DNA of 64,000 nucleotides. Source: Nitrospirota bacterium (GTDB lineage: Bacteria; Nitrospirota; Thermodesulfovibrionia; Thermodesulfovibrionales; JdFR-86). The notes beneath the pieces were generated by a model. It did no database searches, had not been told where the DNA came from, and worked only from the letters and a program-made list of their open reading frames with translations. The translations under genes were made by a program, and so were the position numbers. Of this stretch, positions 1-10,617 are shown piece after piece (position 1 is the stretch's first letter; each line of letters begins with the position of its first letter). The stretch covers positions 1,280,001 through 1,344,000 of the forward strand of contig CAVRJY010000001.1 in NCBI GenBank assembly GCA_963721805.1. Reading direction: 5' to 3'.

Positions 1-1
1 C

Positions 2-514
2 GTGCTCTCGCGCGTGGCGGGGCTGTTCAGCGGCAGGGGCTATAATATCGAGAGCATCTCGGTCGGCGAGACCCTGGACCCGATGATCTCTCAGATGACC
101 ATCGTCACCTCCGGCGACGACCAGATCATCGAGCAGATCAACAAGCAGCTCAATAAGCTCATAGACGTGATAAAGGTCACGGACATGCGCGAGCTCGACC
201 ACGTCGAGCGCGAGATGATACTCGTGAAGGTCGCCCCGAAGCAGGAGCGCAAGCTCGAGGTGATGAACATCGTCGAGATCTTCAGGGGCAAGGTGATAGA
301 CTCCTCCGACCGTACCTATACGATAGAGATCACCGGCAACGAGGACAAGCTCGAGGCGTTCGTGAACCTCATCAAGCCCTTCGGGATCGCCGAACTGATC
401 CGCACCGGCAAGGTCGCGATAGCGCGCGAGGGCATGAAAAAGGCCGGGGCGCAGGCCAAAAAGGAAGAGGAGCACCACCATACCGCTCAGTCTCAGGTGG
501 GAGAACCGGCATAA
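2..514 (+). CDS. ilvN: Acetolactate synthase small (regulatory) subunit, 5'-truncated by window
   Basis: ACT-domain motif SRVAGLFSGRGYNIESI...QINKQLNKLIDVIKV and C-terminal ELIRTGKVAI. Confidence 0.95.
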   Translation: MLSRVAGLFSGRGYNIESISVGETLDPMISQMTIVTSGDDQIIEQINKQLNKLIDVIKVTDMRELDHVEREMILVKVAPKQERKLEVMNIVEIFRGKVIDSSDRTYTIEITGNEDKLEAFVNLIKPFGIAELIRTGKVAIAREGMKKAGAQAKKEEEHHHTAQSQVGEPA

Positions 515-534
515 GGGATTAAAAGGGACGATTC

Positions 535-568
535 AAGAGGTCGTGCATCTCGGTGTGCGGCCTTTTTT
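535..568 (+). terminator. Rho-independent terminator after ilvN
   Basis: Stem AAGAGGTCGTGCATC/GGTGTGCGGCCTTTT (G-U rich, folds on + strand) followed by a T run. Confidence 0.6.
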
Positions 569-574
569 GTTTGC

Positions 575-835
575 CTAAAACAGGCCTTCTTCCGAGGTAT
601 CAGCCTCGGATGGTTTCTCTTGTGTGGCGGGCTCGGTCTCGATCTCCTCAAGCACCTTGTTCACTTCGACCTCGGTCTCGCGGAGGCGGCCCTTGCAGAA
701 TGTGATGAGCGCCTTTGCGCGCGCGACCTGCTTGGTGAGCTGGTCGACGTCCACGCCCTCGCTCTCGATCTCGCGCACGATCTGCTCGAGTTCCTGTATC
801 GCCTCGGCGTATGTCGGTTTCTTACTGGCTGCCAT
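575..835 (-). CDS. xseB: Exodeoxyribonuclease VII small subunit
   Basis: TYAEAIQELEQIVREIES...VDVDQL...CKGRL motif; directly downstream of xseA. Confidence 0.92.
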   Translation of the reverse strand: MAASKKPTYAEAIQELEQIVREIESEGVDVDQLTKQVARAKALITFCKGRLRETEVEVNKVLEEIETEPATQEKPSEADTSEEGLF

Positions 836-2142
836 ATTCTCCTTCGGTCGAGCTGACTGTGCTCGTGATCGCGCCTTTATAGAGCCTTGTCGTGATTATA
901 TCATTTTCAGCTGACTGCGGCCGAATCCCGCACAGCGCTGCCGTTTAGGTACGTGATGCTGTAGCCGCGCCCGAGCACAGAGACCGGGTCCATGAGGCTG
1001 ACCTTCAGCTCTAATCTTCCGACGCGCTCGGTGTGCCGCGTAAGCAGGCGCTGGCTGAGATGTACGAGGCCGTCTAGAGTGCGGTCTAATCTGGCTTCCT
1101 TCCTGCCTAGCATCTGCACCGTGCCGCTTCTGAAGCGGTGTCTTATTAAAGATAGCGCATGCCCGCGCGAGGCCAGAGCGGCGCGCGTCAGTCCGACGAT
1201 GCCCAGGCTGTGACGCTCGAGCCTCGCGGCCTCTGCCGCCATGATCGTGCGGATCTCTTTGACGAGCCTCTCGGCCAGCGCATCGACCGAGCCTTCGAAA
1301 TCCCTGGCCCTGCTGATTATGAACTCGGCGGTCGCTGTGGGGGTTATCATCCGCATGTTCGCCACGCGGTCGAGCACGGTCTCGTCGCGCTCATGGCCGA
1401 TGCCGGTGAGCACCGGCAGCGGGAAGGTCGCGACCTCGCGGGCCAGAGCGTAGCTGTCAAAGCATTGGAGCTCAAGCGCCGAGCCTCCGCCGCGGATGAT
1501 CGCGAGGAGGTCGAACTGCCCGGCCCTCTTGCGGCACTTCGCGAGCGCATCGAGGATCGAGCGTTCGGCCTGCTCGCCCTGCATCATGGCCGGGAAGAGT
1601 GTGACGCTGAAGGCGTAGCCCTCGGGATTATCGTCGATCCTGCGCATGAAATCCCCATACCCCGCGGCGGTTGAAGACGATATCACGGCGATCCTCTGAG
1701 GGACTATAGGTATCTCCAGCTCCCGGTTCTTCGCCACCACGCCCTCGGCCGTGAGCTGCTCGATGATCTTTTTGCGCAGCAGCTCGATCCCGCCCAGGGT
1801 ATATGCGGGGTCGACCTCGGTGATGTTCAGGCTCAGGCCGTAAAGCTCGTGGAAGGTCGGTCGGGCGCGGATTAGGAGCTTCATGCCGGCCTCTATCGTG
1901 CGTCCGGTGGCGCGGCGGAATTCGCGGTCTATGCCGGTGAATGCCTTGGCCCAGATCACGGCCCTCATCTGGGCAACCGGGGCGTCGTTTTGCTTCTCGA
2001 CGAGTTCGATGTAACAGTGGCGTGAGCCCCGGTGGACGTTGACCGAGGCGGCCTCGGCAGTGATCCAGTAGTCGAGGCTGACCTCCGAGATCGCGCCTTT
2101 GATGATCGAGGCGAGCTCTAAGAGCGAGATCGCGCTGCTCAT
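822..2142 (-). CDS. xseA: Exodeoxyribonuclease VII large subunit (frameshift near 910; C-terminus continues in another frame)
   Basis: OB-fold N-terminus, IIRGGGS, TGIGHERDETVLDRVA, TPTATAE; start MSSAISL at 2142; tail ENDIITTRLYKGAITSTV lies in a shifted frame ending at 822. Confidence 0.92.
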
Positions 2143-2303
2143 TCGAAATAGCGCATATGCAGCTTGATGCCTACGTATACGCCTACGAGGGAGAACACGC
2201 CGCTTACGGCGTATGCGGTCATGAACCCGTAGCCCTCGGCGAGCCACCAGCCCACGCCGCCGAGTATCGTAGAGGTCGTCATCCATATAAAAGTGCGCAT
2301 CAT
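2139..2303 (-). CDS. Small two-helix membrane protein, 54 aa (absent from ORF track)
   Basis: MMRTFIWMTTSTILGGVGWWLAEGYGFMTAYAVSGVFSLVGVYVGIKLHMRYFE; stop overlaps xseA start (ATGA). Confidence 0.7.
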   Translation of the reverse strand: MMRTFIWMTTSTILGGVGWWLAEGYGFMTAYAVSGVFSLVGVYVGIKLHMRYFE

Positions 2304-2458
2304 TAATTATACCCCCGGGCCGCCTTTAAAATTTACGGTTTGCGGTGTTATAATAATTGTCGCGAAAGCAATGCTGGTTTTCGGGTACAAATGCCCTCTT
2401 TGATGGTCTCATATTGCACACGGCTGAATGCACAATCACGAAGAGGAGGTCGTTTACG

Positions 2459-4246
2459 ATGAACGTTGAGGTTACGCACGCGAAGTTGGGCAGTTGGATC
2501 AGGGAAGTGGCCGAGCTGTGCCAGCCGTCGGATATCCATATCTGTGACGGTTCCAAAGCGGAATACGACCTGATGCTCGATAAACTCACCAGGGCCGGCA
2601 TCGCGATCCCGCTTAAAGCACGCCCGAACAGCTACCTCTTCCGCTCCGACCCCAGCGACGTCGCGCGCGTCGAGGACCGCACATACATAAGCACCACTTC
2701 CAAAGACGAGGCAGGCCCGACCAATAACTGGGTTGCGCCCGGCGAACTCAAGCATACGATGCTCGGCCTGTACAGGGGCTGCATGAAGGGCCGCACGATG
2801 TACGTCATCCCGTTTAGCATGGGGCCGATAGGCTCTCCGATTGCGAAGATCGGGGTAGAGATCTCAGACAGCGCATACGTCGTCGTAAACATGCACCTTA
2901 TGACGCGCGTTAGCTCCAAGGTGCTCGACCTGCTCGGGAAGGACGGGGAGTTCATCCCCTGCCTGCATTCGGTGGGCGCGCCGCTTGAGCCCGGTCAGGC
3001 CGACAGCGTCTGGCCCTGCGCCCCGATGGAGAAAAAATACATTAGCCACTTCCCCGAGGAGAACCTGATCTGGTCCTACGGCTCGGGTTACGGCGGAAAC
3101 GCCCTGCTCGGCAAGAAGTGCCTCGCCCTGCGCATAGCCTCTGCGATGGCGCGCCGCGAGGGCTGGCTCGCCGAGCATATGCTGATCCTCAGGCTCACGA
3201 ACCCCAAGGGCAGGCAATACCACATCGCTGCCGCGTTCCCCTCTGCCTGCGGCAAGACGAACCTCGCGATGATGCGCCCGACGATACCCGGCTGGAAGTG
3301 CGAGTGCATCGGCGACGACATAGCGTGGATGAAGATCGGCCCGGACGGCAGGCTCTATGCGATCAACCCCGAAAACGGGTTCTTCGGCGTCGCTCCCGGA
3401 ACCTCATACGGCACCAACCCGGTGGCAATGGACACGCTCAAGGAAAACATACTGTTTACGAACTGCGCGCTTACGGACGACGGGGACGTGTGGTGGGAGG
3501 GCATGGACGGCGACGAGCCGGAGCATGCGATAGACTGGAAGGGCAACGACTGGACGCCTGACAGCGAACACGACGCCGCGCATCCAAACGCCCGCTTTAC
3601 AGCCCTGGCCTCGCAGTGCCCGGCTATTTGCAAGGACTGGGAGAAGCCCGAGGGAGTTCCCATTGACATATTCATATTCGGAGGCCGCCGCGGCAGCGTC
3701 GTGCCGCTCGTGTACGAGGCCCGCAACTGGGACCACGGGGTGTTCCTGGGCGCTACGGCAGCGTCCGAGACGACAGCGGCCAACATCGGAGCGGTGGGCA
3801 ACCTCAGGCGCGACCCTTTTGCGATGACCCCTTTTTGCGGGTATAACATGGGGGATTACTTCAGCCACTGGCTTGCCATGGGCGACAGGCTCGGCTCGCG
3901 GGCCCCGCGCATCTTCTACGTCAACTGGTTTAGGAAGAGCGAGGCCGGAAAATTCCTCTGGCCCGGTTTCAGCGACAACAGCCGCGTGCTTAAGTGGATG
4001 TGCGAGCGCACGGACGGGAAGCTCGGCGCGAAGGAGACCCCGATAGGGCTGATGCCCAATGAAGGCGATCTGGACCTGAGCGGGCTTAAGGTCTCGGCCG
4101 AGGGCATGAAGGAGCTTATGAGCGTGGATATGAAGGCATGGAGGGGCGAAATCCCTGGCATAGAGGCGCATTTCGCGAAATTCGGCGGCCGCCTGCCCGA
4201 GAGGCTCAAGGCCCAGCTCAAGGAGTTCATGCACAGGCTTGGATAA
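2459..4246 (+). CDS. pckG: Phosphoenolpyruvate carboxykinase (GTP)
   Basis: [60 protein letters not shown] before ATG 2459. Confidence 0.97.
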   Translation: MNVEVTHAKLGSWIREVAELCQPSDIHICDGSKAEYDLMLDKLTRAGIAIPLKARPNSYLFRSDPSDVARVEDRTYISTTSKDEAGPTNNWVAPGELKHTMLGLYRGCMKGRTMYVIPFSMGPIGSPIAKIGVEISDSAYVVVNMHLMTRVSSKVLDLLGKDGEFIPCLHSVGAPLEPGQADSVWPCAPMEKKYISHFPEENLIWSYGSGYGGNALLGKKCLALRIASAMARREGWLAEHMLILRLTNPKGRQYHIAAAFPSACGKTNLAMMRPTIPGWKCECIGDDIAWMKIGPDGRLYAINPENGFFGVAPGTSYGTNPVAMDTLKENILFTNCALTDDGDVWWEGMDGDEPEHAIDWKGNDWTPDSEHDAAHPNARFTALASQCPAICKDWEKPEGVPIDIFIFGGRRGSVVPLVYEARNWDHGVFLGATAASETTAANIGAVGNLRRDPFAMTPFCGYNMGDYFSHWLAMGDRLGSRAPRIFYVNWFRKSEAGKFLWPGFSDNSRVLKWMCERTDGKLGAKETPIGLMPNEGDLDLSGLKVSAEGMKELMSVDMKAWRGEIPGIEAHFAKFGGRLPERLKAQLKEFMHRLG

Positions 4247-5921
4247 CCGTCAGGTATTCGCCCCGAAGCTTAAAAAGACCCTGCTGAACGTCCTTGGCGT
4301 GGTGTATGCCAACGTCAAGGCCTCCGACGGCGGGGACTTCTACCTCACGCGCTTTGCCGAGCCGAACATAGACCACCTCGAGCTCTCGAACTGGTACGAG
4401 CCGGAGTGGTTCAATGAGTACAAGGAAAGGCTCAAGGGCACCGGCTCCGTCCACCGCGTGCCGACCAAGGAGGTGCACGGCAGGCAGCTTGTGCTCGTCG
4501 TGAAAAACTGCCGGGTCGGCGAGGACGTGCCGGTCAACACCCATACGCTCAAGGAGTTCTGCGACGCGGAGTTCAACAGCCCGTGGGAGGAGTTCTCGCT
4601 CGTGATGGAGATGCGCGAGGGCACCTACGGCCCGCGCACGCTAAAGATCAAGACCCAGCGGCCTCTGCTGATATATGTCCCGCCCGAGCCGATGCAGCAG
4701 TGGCAGAGCGGGCGTTCCAGAAACAAGATCAACCGCATTCGCGCCCGCCACCCCGGCATAGACCTCGACATTCTAAAGGAATACAAGATGGTCTACGAGT
4801 GGATAGAGGGGTATAACCTGCCCGAGATATTCGAGAACATCGACGTGACCGACGACGAGCGGATCAAGCACCTCAGGGAGCTTAACGCGCGCGCCACGTC
4901 GGACATGCAGGATAAGGGCTACCTCGTGGCCGACATGAAGCCCGAGCACGTCATCATCAGCGAGTCCGACACGCGGCAGATCGTCGAGATCGACCGCGCC
5001 CCTGAGCAGCTGAGCTACCTCTACCGCCTCGTAGACAGCGGCAACTACTCTATCGTGGACTACGAACTGCTGGCTCGCACCCCCGTGCACGAGCAGGCGG
5101 TGAAGGACTCGCGCCGGCACTCCTATCTCGACGACATGAAAAACCGCTTCCAGCCGACCGGGCTGCCTGTGCACCTCAACCGCGTCGAGCACTTCGGCGT
5201 GCCATATATCCACGGCAAGGCCGAGAGCACCGGCGGCGCGCTCTGGGTGGTCGGGGAAAACGCCCGGCTGTTTGACTACTTCCTGCCCGAGCGCTGGAGA
5301 AAGACGCCCTCGATCAAGCTCTCCGATATGAAGGACGTCTTCTACACGCTTACGAAGGACAACATCCACCTCGTCTGGGAGACCTCGAGCGTAGGGGAGC
5401 TGCCGGGCGCGGATGCGGCCGATCACGGCATCAACAGCCCGTTTGAGGAATCCGCTTTAGCATATGAACTTAACGCCCTCGGCATCCCGTGCGCATACGT
5501 CCGCGCCATATACATGACCGGAAGCGCGAAGATCGAGACGTCGGCGGACTACAGGAAGTTCGAGTCCCACCGCGCTATGCTCACGCCCGATGGCGAGCCG
5601 ATCCTGAGCGAGAGCAAAAACTATATCACGATCCGCGGCTATTATAACGGCCCGGACGCCTGGGTCGCGGAGCAGGCCGGAGCGCTCCAGCGCCCGGTCG
5701 ACCTCGCAAAGGCGGTGCTTACCGGACTGATCGGCCAGGACACGTGCGACGCGCTCATCAAGAAGGTCAAAGACAGGCTGCTTAATTCAGGATATGACGG
5801 CGGCCTGCTCAAGCCCAAGGATTTCCTGCTCGCGCTCGATCCGCAGGGCAAGATCGTCACCGATTCGACCGGCGAGCCGCTGACCGTCATCTGCAACTTC
5901 GAACTCATCTGGAAGGTTTAA
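4239..5921 (+). CDS. Uncharacterised protein with two tandem protein-kinase-like modules
   Basis: VVK, NSPWEEF, DMKPEH, DYEL in first half; degenerate NSPFEES, LKPKD, NFEL in second half; overlaps pckG stop. Confidence 0.7.
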   Translation: MDNRQVFAPKLKKTLLNVLGVVYANVKASDGGDFYLTRFAEPNIDHLELSNWYEPEWFNEYKERLKGTGSVHRVPTKEVHGRQLVLVVKNCRVGEDVPVNTHTLKEFCDAEFNSPWEEFSLVMEMREGTYGPRTLKIKTQRPLLIYVPPEPMQQWQSGRSRNKINRIRARHPGIDLDILKEYKMVYEWIEGYNLPEIFENIDVTDDERIKHLRELNARATSDMQDKGYLVADMKPEHVIISESDTRQIVEIDRAPEQLSYLYRLVDSGNYSIVDYELLARTPVHEQAVKDSRRHSYLDDMKNRFQPTGLPVHLNRVEHFGVPYIHGKAESTGGALWVVGENARLFDYFLPERWRKTPSIKLSDMKDVFYTLTKDNIHLVWETSSVGELPGADAADHGINSPFEESALAYELNALGIPCAYVRAIYMTGSAKIETSADYRKFESHRAMLTPDGEPILSESKNYITIRGYYNGPDAWVAEQAGALQRPVDLAKAVLTGLIGQDTCDALIKKVKDRLLNSGYDGGLLKPKDFLLALDPQGKIVTDSTGEPLTVICNFELIWKV

Positions 5922-6140
5922 AGCGCGCTAAATTAGCGTTGGGGCCGGCTGGCCCCTATTGCTTTCAGGGCTTCGAAAATCCGCCCTCAATGTAGTTCCG
6001 CTATGCCTCCCTTTTTTCGCGCCCTTTACATTAATCAATTAACATGGCGGAAATCTCATGATATGATTTGAAATATGGCAGCGGCTGAAGCGTTTGCGCA
6101 TATTCATTCGCAATAAAACGGCGGATAATGGAGAGATAGA

Positions 6141-7967
6141 ATGCCAGAAAAAGCTGATGCAGAGATAATACATCCGGGCATGGGGGCCATACCCGGTGCA
6201 GAGGGTGTGGCCTTTCGCGTATGGGCGCCCCATGCCGAGAAGGTTTACGTGACCGGCGACTTCAACGGCTGGAACGAGACCTCCACTGCTATGCTCAGCG
6301 AGGAGGACGGGTACTGGTCAACTGAAGTGCCCGGAGCGAAAACGGGCGACGAATACAGGTATCTGATCCACGCTCCCGCCGAATGGAAGCTCCCTCCCAT
6401 CTCCCGCATCGACCCTTATGCCAGAAAGGTGACGAACGCGGCGGGCAACGCGATTGTCTATGACCCTCAAGCCTTCGGCTGGGGCGAGGATACCTTCCAG
6501 ATGGCCACCGGCAATGAGCTTGTCATTTACGAAATGCACATCGGCACTTTTAACGTTAAAGATAAGGGACATACGGGGACGTTTGAGAGCGCGATCGAAA
6601 AATTCCCTTACCTTAAAGGACTGGGCATCAATGCCATCGAGGTGATGCCGATCGCGGAATTCTCGGGCGATTTTTCGTGGGGATACAATCCGGCCCATCC
6701 CTTTGCGGTAAAAAGCGTATACGGCGGTCCGGATGGCTTCAAGCTCTTTGTAAAGACGGCCCACGAGCAGGGCATCGCCGTCATCGTGGATGTCGTTTAC
6801 AACCACCTCGGCCCGGGCGACCTCGGCCTGTGGCAGTTTGACGGCTGGAGCGAAAACGGGAAGGGCGGGATTTATTTTTACAATGATTGCCGCGCTGAAA
6901 CCCCCTGGGGCGAGACGCGCCCGGATTACGGCAGGGGCGAGGTGCGCCAGTATCTGCGCGATAACGCCCTGATGTGGTTCGAGGAATATCACGCCGACGG
7001 CCTGCGCTGGGACATGATTGCCTATATCAAGAGCGTCGACGGCAATGAGGGTAATCCGCAAAATGACCTTCCCGAGGGCTGGAGCCTGATGCAGTGGATC
7101 AACGTGGAGATCCAGCAGCGGTTTCCGGGCAAGATCAGTATCGGCGAGAGCATGAAAAATAACCCATGGGTCACCAAGGACGTGGGCGCAGGCGGCGCGG
7201 GCTTCAATGCGCAGTGGGATGCCGAGTTCGTCCACCCTGTCCGCACGGCCGTCATTGCACGCGATGACGCGTCTCGCGACCTCGGGGCGGTTAGCGGCGC
7301 CATCAAGCACAGGTACGATCTGGACGTATTCCGCCGGGTCATCTATACCGAGTCGCACGACGAGATCGCCAACGGCCGGGCACGCGTGCCGGAGGAGATC
7401 TGGCCGGGAAAGGTGGATAGCTGGTTTTCGAAGAAACGCTCCACACTGGGCGCGGCGATCGTGCTTACCTCGCCCGGCATCCCGATGATTTTTCAGGGGC
7501 AGGAACTGCTGGAAGACCGCTGGTTCCAGGATAAAGACCCGATCGATTGGTCCCGGGTCGAGGGGGAAAACGGCATCCTCAGCATGTACCGTGACCTGAT
7601 CGCCCTGCGGCGCAATCTGTCGGGCGTGGCGCGCGGGCTTTGCGGGCAAGAGATCCATATCTATCACTTTGACGATGCTGCCAAGCTCCTCGCCTTCCAC
7701 CGCTGGGACAAACTGGGCCCGGCCGACAGCGCCGTCGTGGTGGTGAATATGACGAATCAAAACCGCGATGATTATGCCATCGGTTTTCCGAGAGCCGGGA
7801 TGTGGAAGACGCGGTTTAACAGTGACTCATATAACTACGGCCCGAATTTTGCGAACCACCCGACCCCTGATGTCGAGGCCCTTGAGGAAGAGATCGACGG
7901 GCTGCCCTGCTCCGGCAAGATATGTATCGGGCCGTACACGGTCGTGATATTTTCGCAGGACGAATAA
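6141..7967 (+). CDS. GH13 alpha-amylase family enzyme with N-terminal CBM48 (branching enzyme/trehalohydrolase-like)
   Basis: FRVWAPHA, YEMHIGTF, SWGYNP, DVVYNH, DGLRWD, ESHDE, PMIFQGQE. Confidence 0.9.
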   Translation: MPEKADAEIIHPGMGAIPGAEGVAFRVWAPHAEKVYVTGDFNGWNETSTAMLSEEDGYWSTEVPGAKTGDEYRYLIHAPAEWKLPPISRIDPYARKVTNAAGNAIVYDPQAFGWGEDTFQMATGNELVIYEMHIGTFNVKDKGHTGTFESAIEKFPYLKGLGINAIEVMPIAEFSGDFSWGYNPAHPFAVKSVYGGPDGFKLFVKTAHEQGIAVIVDVVYNHLGPGDLGLWQFDGWSENGKGGIYFYNDCRAETPWGETRPDYGRGEVRQYLRDNALMWFEEYHADGLRWDMIAYIKSVDGNEGNPQNDLPEGWSLMQWINVEIQQRFPGKISIGESMKNNPWVTKDVGAGGAGFNAQWDAEFVHPVRTAVIARDDASRDLGAVSGAIKHRYDLDVFRRVIYTESHDEIANGRARVPEEIWPGKVDSWFSKKRSTLGAAIVLTSPGIPMIFQGQELLEDRWFQDKDPIDWSRVEGENGILSMYRDLIALRRNLSGVARGLCGQEIHIYHFDDAAKLLAFHRWDKLGPADSAVVVVNMTNQNRDDYAIGFPRAGMWKTRFNSDSYNYGPNFANHPTPDVEALEEEIDGLPCSGKICIGPYTVVIFSQDE

Positions 7968-7999
7968 GGATCCATGATAAGGGACTTCCAAGCCCTGAT

Positions 8000-8026
8000 A
8001 AAAAAACGGGGGCCCGAAGGCCCCCG
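8000..8026 (-). terminator. Rho-independent terminator of hcp
   Basis: 8-bp GC stem CGGGGGCC/GGCCCCCG with UUCG loop on minus strand, followed by 7 T. Confidence 0.8.
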
Positions 8027-8056
8027 GTATTAATCAGTCTGCTTGTCTGAATCTGG

Positions 8057-9694
8057 CTAGACGGTCACCTCAACCGGCACGTTCTCGCCAAGGATCGCCT
8101 TGAGGTCCTCATCCGGCGTGGTGATCGGCTTGATCCCGTAATTGTCGACGAGCACCTTAAGCACGTTAGGCGTGATGAAGGCCGGGAGCGTCGGGCCGAG
8201 CCTTATGTCCTTAATGCCCAGATGCAGCAGAGTAAGCAGAATCGCGACGGCCTTCTGCTCGTACCACGAGAGTATCATCGAGAGCGGAAGCTCGTTTACG
8301 CCCACGCCGAAGGCCTCCGAGAGCGCGAGCGCGATCCTGATGGCCGAGTACGCGTCGTTGCACTGCCCGATGTCGAGCAGGCGCGGTATGCCGCCTATGC
8401 TGCCGAGGTCGCGGTCGAAGAACCTGAACTTGCCGCACGCGAGCGTCAGGACCATGCAGTCGCCCGGCACCTTCTCGACGAACTCGGTGTAGTAGTTTCT
8501 GCCGGGCTTGTTCCCGTCGCAGCCGCCTACGAGGAAGAAGTGGCGGATCTTCTTGCCCTTCACGGCCTCAATCACCTTGTCCGCTACGCCTAAGACCGCG
8601 TTGCGCGCAAACCCGGTCATCACGGTCTTGCCGGGGACTTCGGAGGCATATCCCGGCAGCTCCAGCGCCCTCTTGATCGCGGGCGAAAAATCATAACCCT
8701 CGATGTGCGGCACGCCGGGCCACTGCACCGGGCCTGAGGTGAAGATATTGGCGTGGTACTTCTCGACCGGCTTCTGGATGCAGTTGGTCGTCATCACGAT
8801 GGCGCCGGGGAAGGCCGCGAACTCGCGCTGCTGGTTCTGCCACGCGGTGCCGTAATGCCCCGCGAGGTGCCGGTATTTCTTGAGCCCCGGATAGGCGTGG
8901 CATGGGAGCATCTCGCCGTGCGTATAGACGTTGATGCCCTTGCCCTCGGTTTGTTTTAGTATTTCTTCGAGGTCGCGCAGGTCGTGGCCCGAGACGAGCA
9001 GGGCCTTCCCCTTGCGCGCGCCCAGCGATACGCTGGTAGGCTCGGGGTGGCCGTAAGTGCCGGTGTTGGCCTCGTCGAGGAGTTCCATCACGCGGAAGTT
9101 GGCCTCGCCGCACCTTAGAGCGAGCCCGACCCAGTCGTTCAGCGTAAGCGAGCGGTCGAGCATCGCGGAGAGCGCCTCTTCCATATAGGCATAGACCGTG
9201 GCGTCCTCGCGGCCGAGGGTGCGGGCGTGGTGGGCATATGCCGCAACACCCTTAAGCCCGTACATCGTCGTGTGGATCAGCGAGCGGACGTCAGCGTCGT
9301 CGTTGATCGTTGTGATCGCCGAACTCGGGGCTGCCGCGAGCACCTCGGACTTGGTCGCCTTGGGAGAGAGGAACGTGACGCCGGAGGGAAGGGTGACGTC
9401 GGCCTTCGCCGCGAGCGACTCGCGCAGCGCCGAGGCGCGGTTGACCATAGTGACGAAGGAGTCCTCGTCAAAGTTCACGTTAGTAAGCGTGCTGAAGAGC
9501 GCGTCGGCCACGAACGCGTCCACCACGGGCTCGGTGATCCCGCGCCTGCGGGCCTCGTTCGCCACATACGCCAGGCCCCTGAGTTCGTGCTCGAGCACGT
9601 CCTGCGTCTCGGCGACCTCTGGCTTCTTGCCGCATACGCCCACCTTGTCACAGCCGGTCCCCTTCAGCGTCTGCTCGCATTGGTAACAAAACAT
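8057..9694 (-). CDS. hcp: Hybrid cluster protein (hydroxylamine/NO reductase)
   Basis: MFCYQCEQT...C...GVCGK, SGHDL, YTHGEMLPCHAYP, GGCDG, LACGK, DIGQCND, SWYEQKAV. Confidence 0.97.
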   Translation of the reverse strand: MFCYQCEQTLKGTGCDKVGVCGKKPEVAETQDVLEHELRGLAYVANEARRRGITEPVVDAFVADALFSTLTNVNFDEDSFVTMVNRASALRESLAAKADVTLPSGVTFLSPKATKSEVLAAAPSSAITTINDDADVRSLIHTTMYGLKGVAAYAHHARTLGREDATVYAYMEEALSAMLDRSLTLNDWVGLALRCGEANFRVMELLDEANTGTYGHPEPTSVSLGARKGKALLVSGHDLRDLEEILKQTEGKGINVYTHGEMLPCHAYPGLKKYRHLAGHYGTAWQNQQREFAAFPGAIVMTTNCIQKPVEKYHANIFTSGPVQWPGVPHIEGYDFSPAIKRALELPGYASEVPGKTVMTGFARNAVLGVADKVIEAVKGKKIRHFFLVGGCDGNKPGRNYYTEFVEKVPGDCMVLTLACGKFRFFDRDLGSIGGIPRLLDIGQCNDAYSAIRIALALSEAFGVGVNELPLSMILSWYEQKAVAILLTLLHLGIKDIRLGPTLPAFITPNVLKVLVDNYGIKPITTPDEDLKAILGENVPVEVTV

Positions 9695-9744
9695 TTTCTC
9701 GTCCTCCTGTTATCGTTTGTGGACCTTTTCGATCCTGTTAATCA

Positions 9745-9787
9745 ATGGTAGCCGACGGCGCAGGGTGATATCCCTGACTCAAATCAT
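9745..9787 (-). promoter_or_regulatory. Putative hcp promoter with CRP/FNR-family (HcpR-like) site
   Basis: Imperfect palindrome CTGAC-TCAA-ATCAT (9774-9787) centred about 42 nt upstream of the start implied by -10 TACCAT (9750-9745). Confidence 0.5.
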
Positions 9788-9867
9788 AGTTTTCACTTTT
9801 CCCGCGAAATAGATTGCGGCTCAGGGCATGGGCTGTCGTGAAAAGATATGGGCTATGCGGCTGATAC

Positions 9868-10617
9868 CTAAGTTGTGGAGCCCTCGAAGAAGCGGATAGC
9901 ATTCAGCAATTCAGGGAAATTGTAGATAATATAGTCGGGTTCAACGCCTTTGTATTCCTGAGTCCCCTGGTTTGACTTGAAAAATACCGTCTTGATACCT
10001 AGTTCCCTTGCCCCGTATATATCGCGGTACATGTCGTTGCCCACGAACAGGACCTCCGACGGCCCCAGGTTTATCGCGGTCATCGAGGCTTCGAACATGC
10101 GCCTGTCCGGCTTGCGGTAACCCAGGTCGCCAGAGACCGTGACCGATTCGAAATAGCCTGAGAGGCCCACGGCGTTAAGCTCGGCCAAGGCGTATGCCGA
10201 CTGGCCGTCGGATATCGCAGCCAGGCGATACTTCGGGATCAATTGTTTGATGGTGTCCATCACGCCCGGATAGGGCTTCAGCCTGAAGCGCGATGCGGCA
10301 CGATACACCTCCGCAAGAAAAAGCGGAAGCTGCTCGAGCTTTCCGGCTGACATGCCATGCGTATAATCCGTCGAGTATCTCGCTATGATATTGCGAAAAA
10401 TGCCGACCGCGTCAAACTCGGGATGGCGCTCGTCGCTTAAGGCACGCTGTTGCTTCATGATCTGGAAATACGATTCCTTTACCGCGTTTGGGGTAAGGAA
10501 TATCCCCTGATAGGAAAGCAGGTTGCTGATGACGCGATAGACATCGTCGTGCATCTCGTTGGTATTGATATCCGTCAGCGTCCCGTTAATGTCAAAAATA
10601 ATTCCCCTTACGATCAT
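9868..10617 (-). CDS. HAD-superfamily hydrolase
   Basis: IIFDINGTL motif I, ISDGQ, KPD, VGNDMYRDI; start overlaps upstream stop (TGATG). Confidence 0.85.
   Translation of the reverse strand: MIVRGIIFDINGTLTDINTNEMHDDVYRVISNLLSYQGIFLTPNAVKESYFQIMKQQRALSDERHPEFDAVGIFRNIIARYSTDYTHGMSAGKLEQLPLFLAEVYRAASRFRLKPYPGVMDTIKQLIPKYRLAAISDGQSAYALAELNAVGLSGYFESVTVSGDLGYRKPDRRMFEASMTAINLGPSEVLFVGNDMYRDIYGARELGIKTVFFKSNQGTQEYKGVEPDYIIYNFPELLNAIRFFEGSTT

Noticed and set aside
6318..7760. Long antisense/alternate-frame ORFs (also 23495-24637, 46184-47164, 61858-63087)
   Set aside because: Shadow ORFs of real high-GC genes with no motifs or RBS support.
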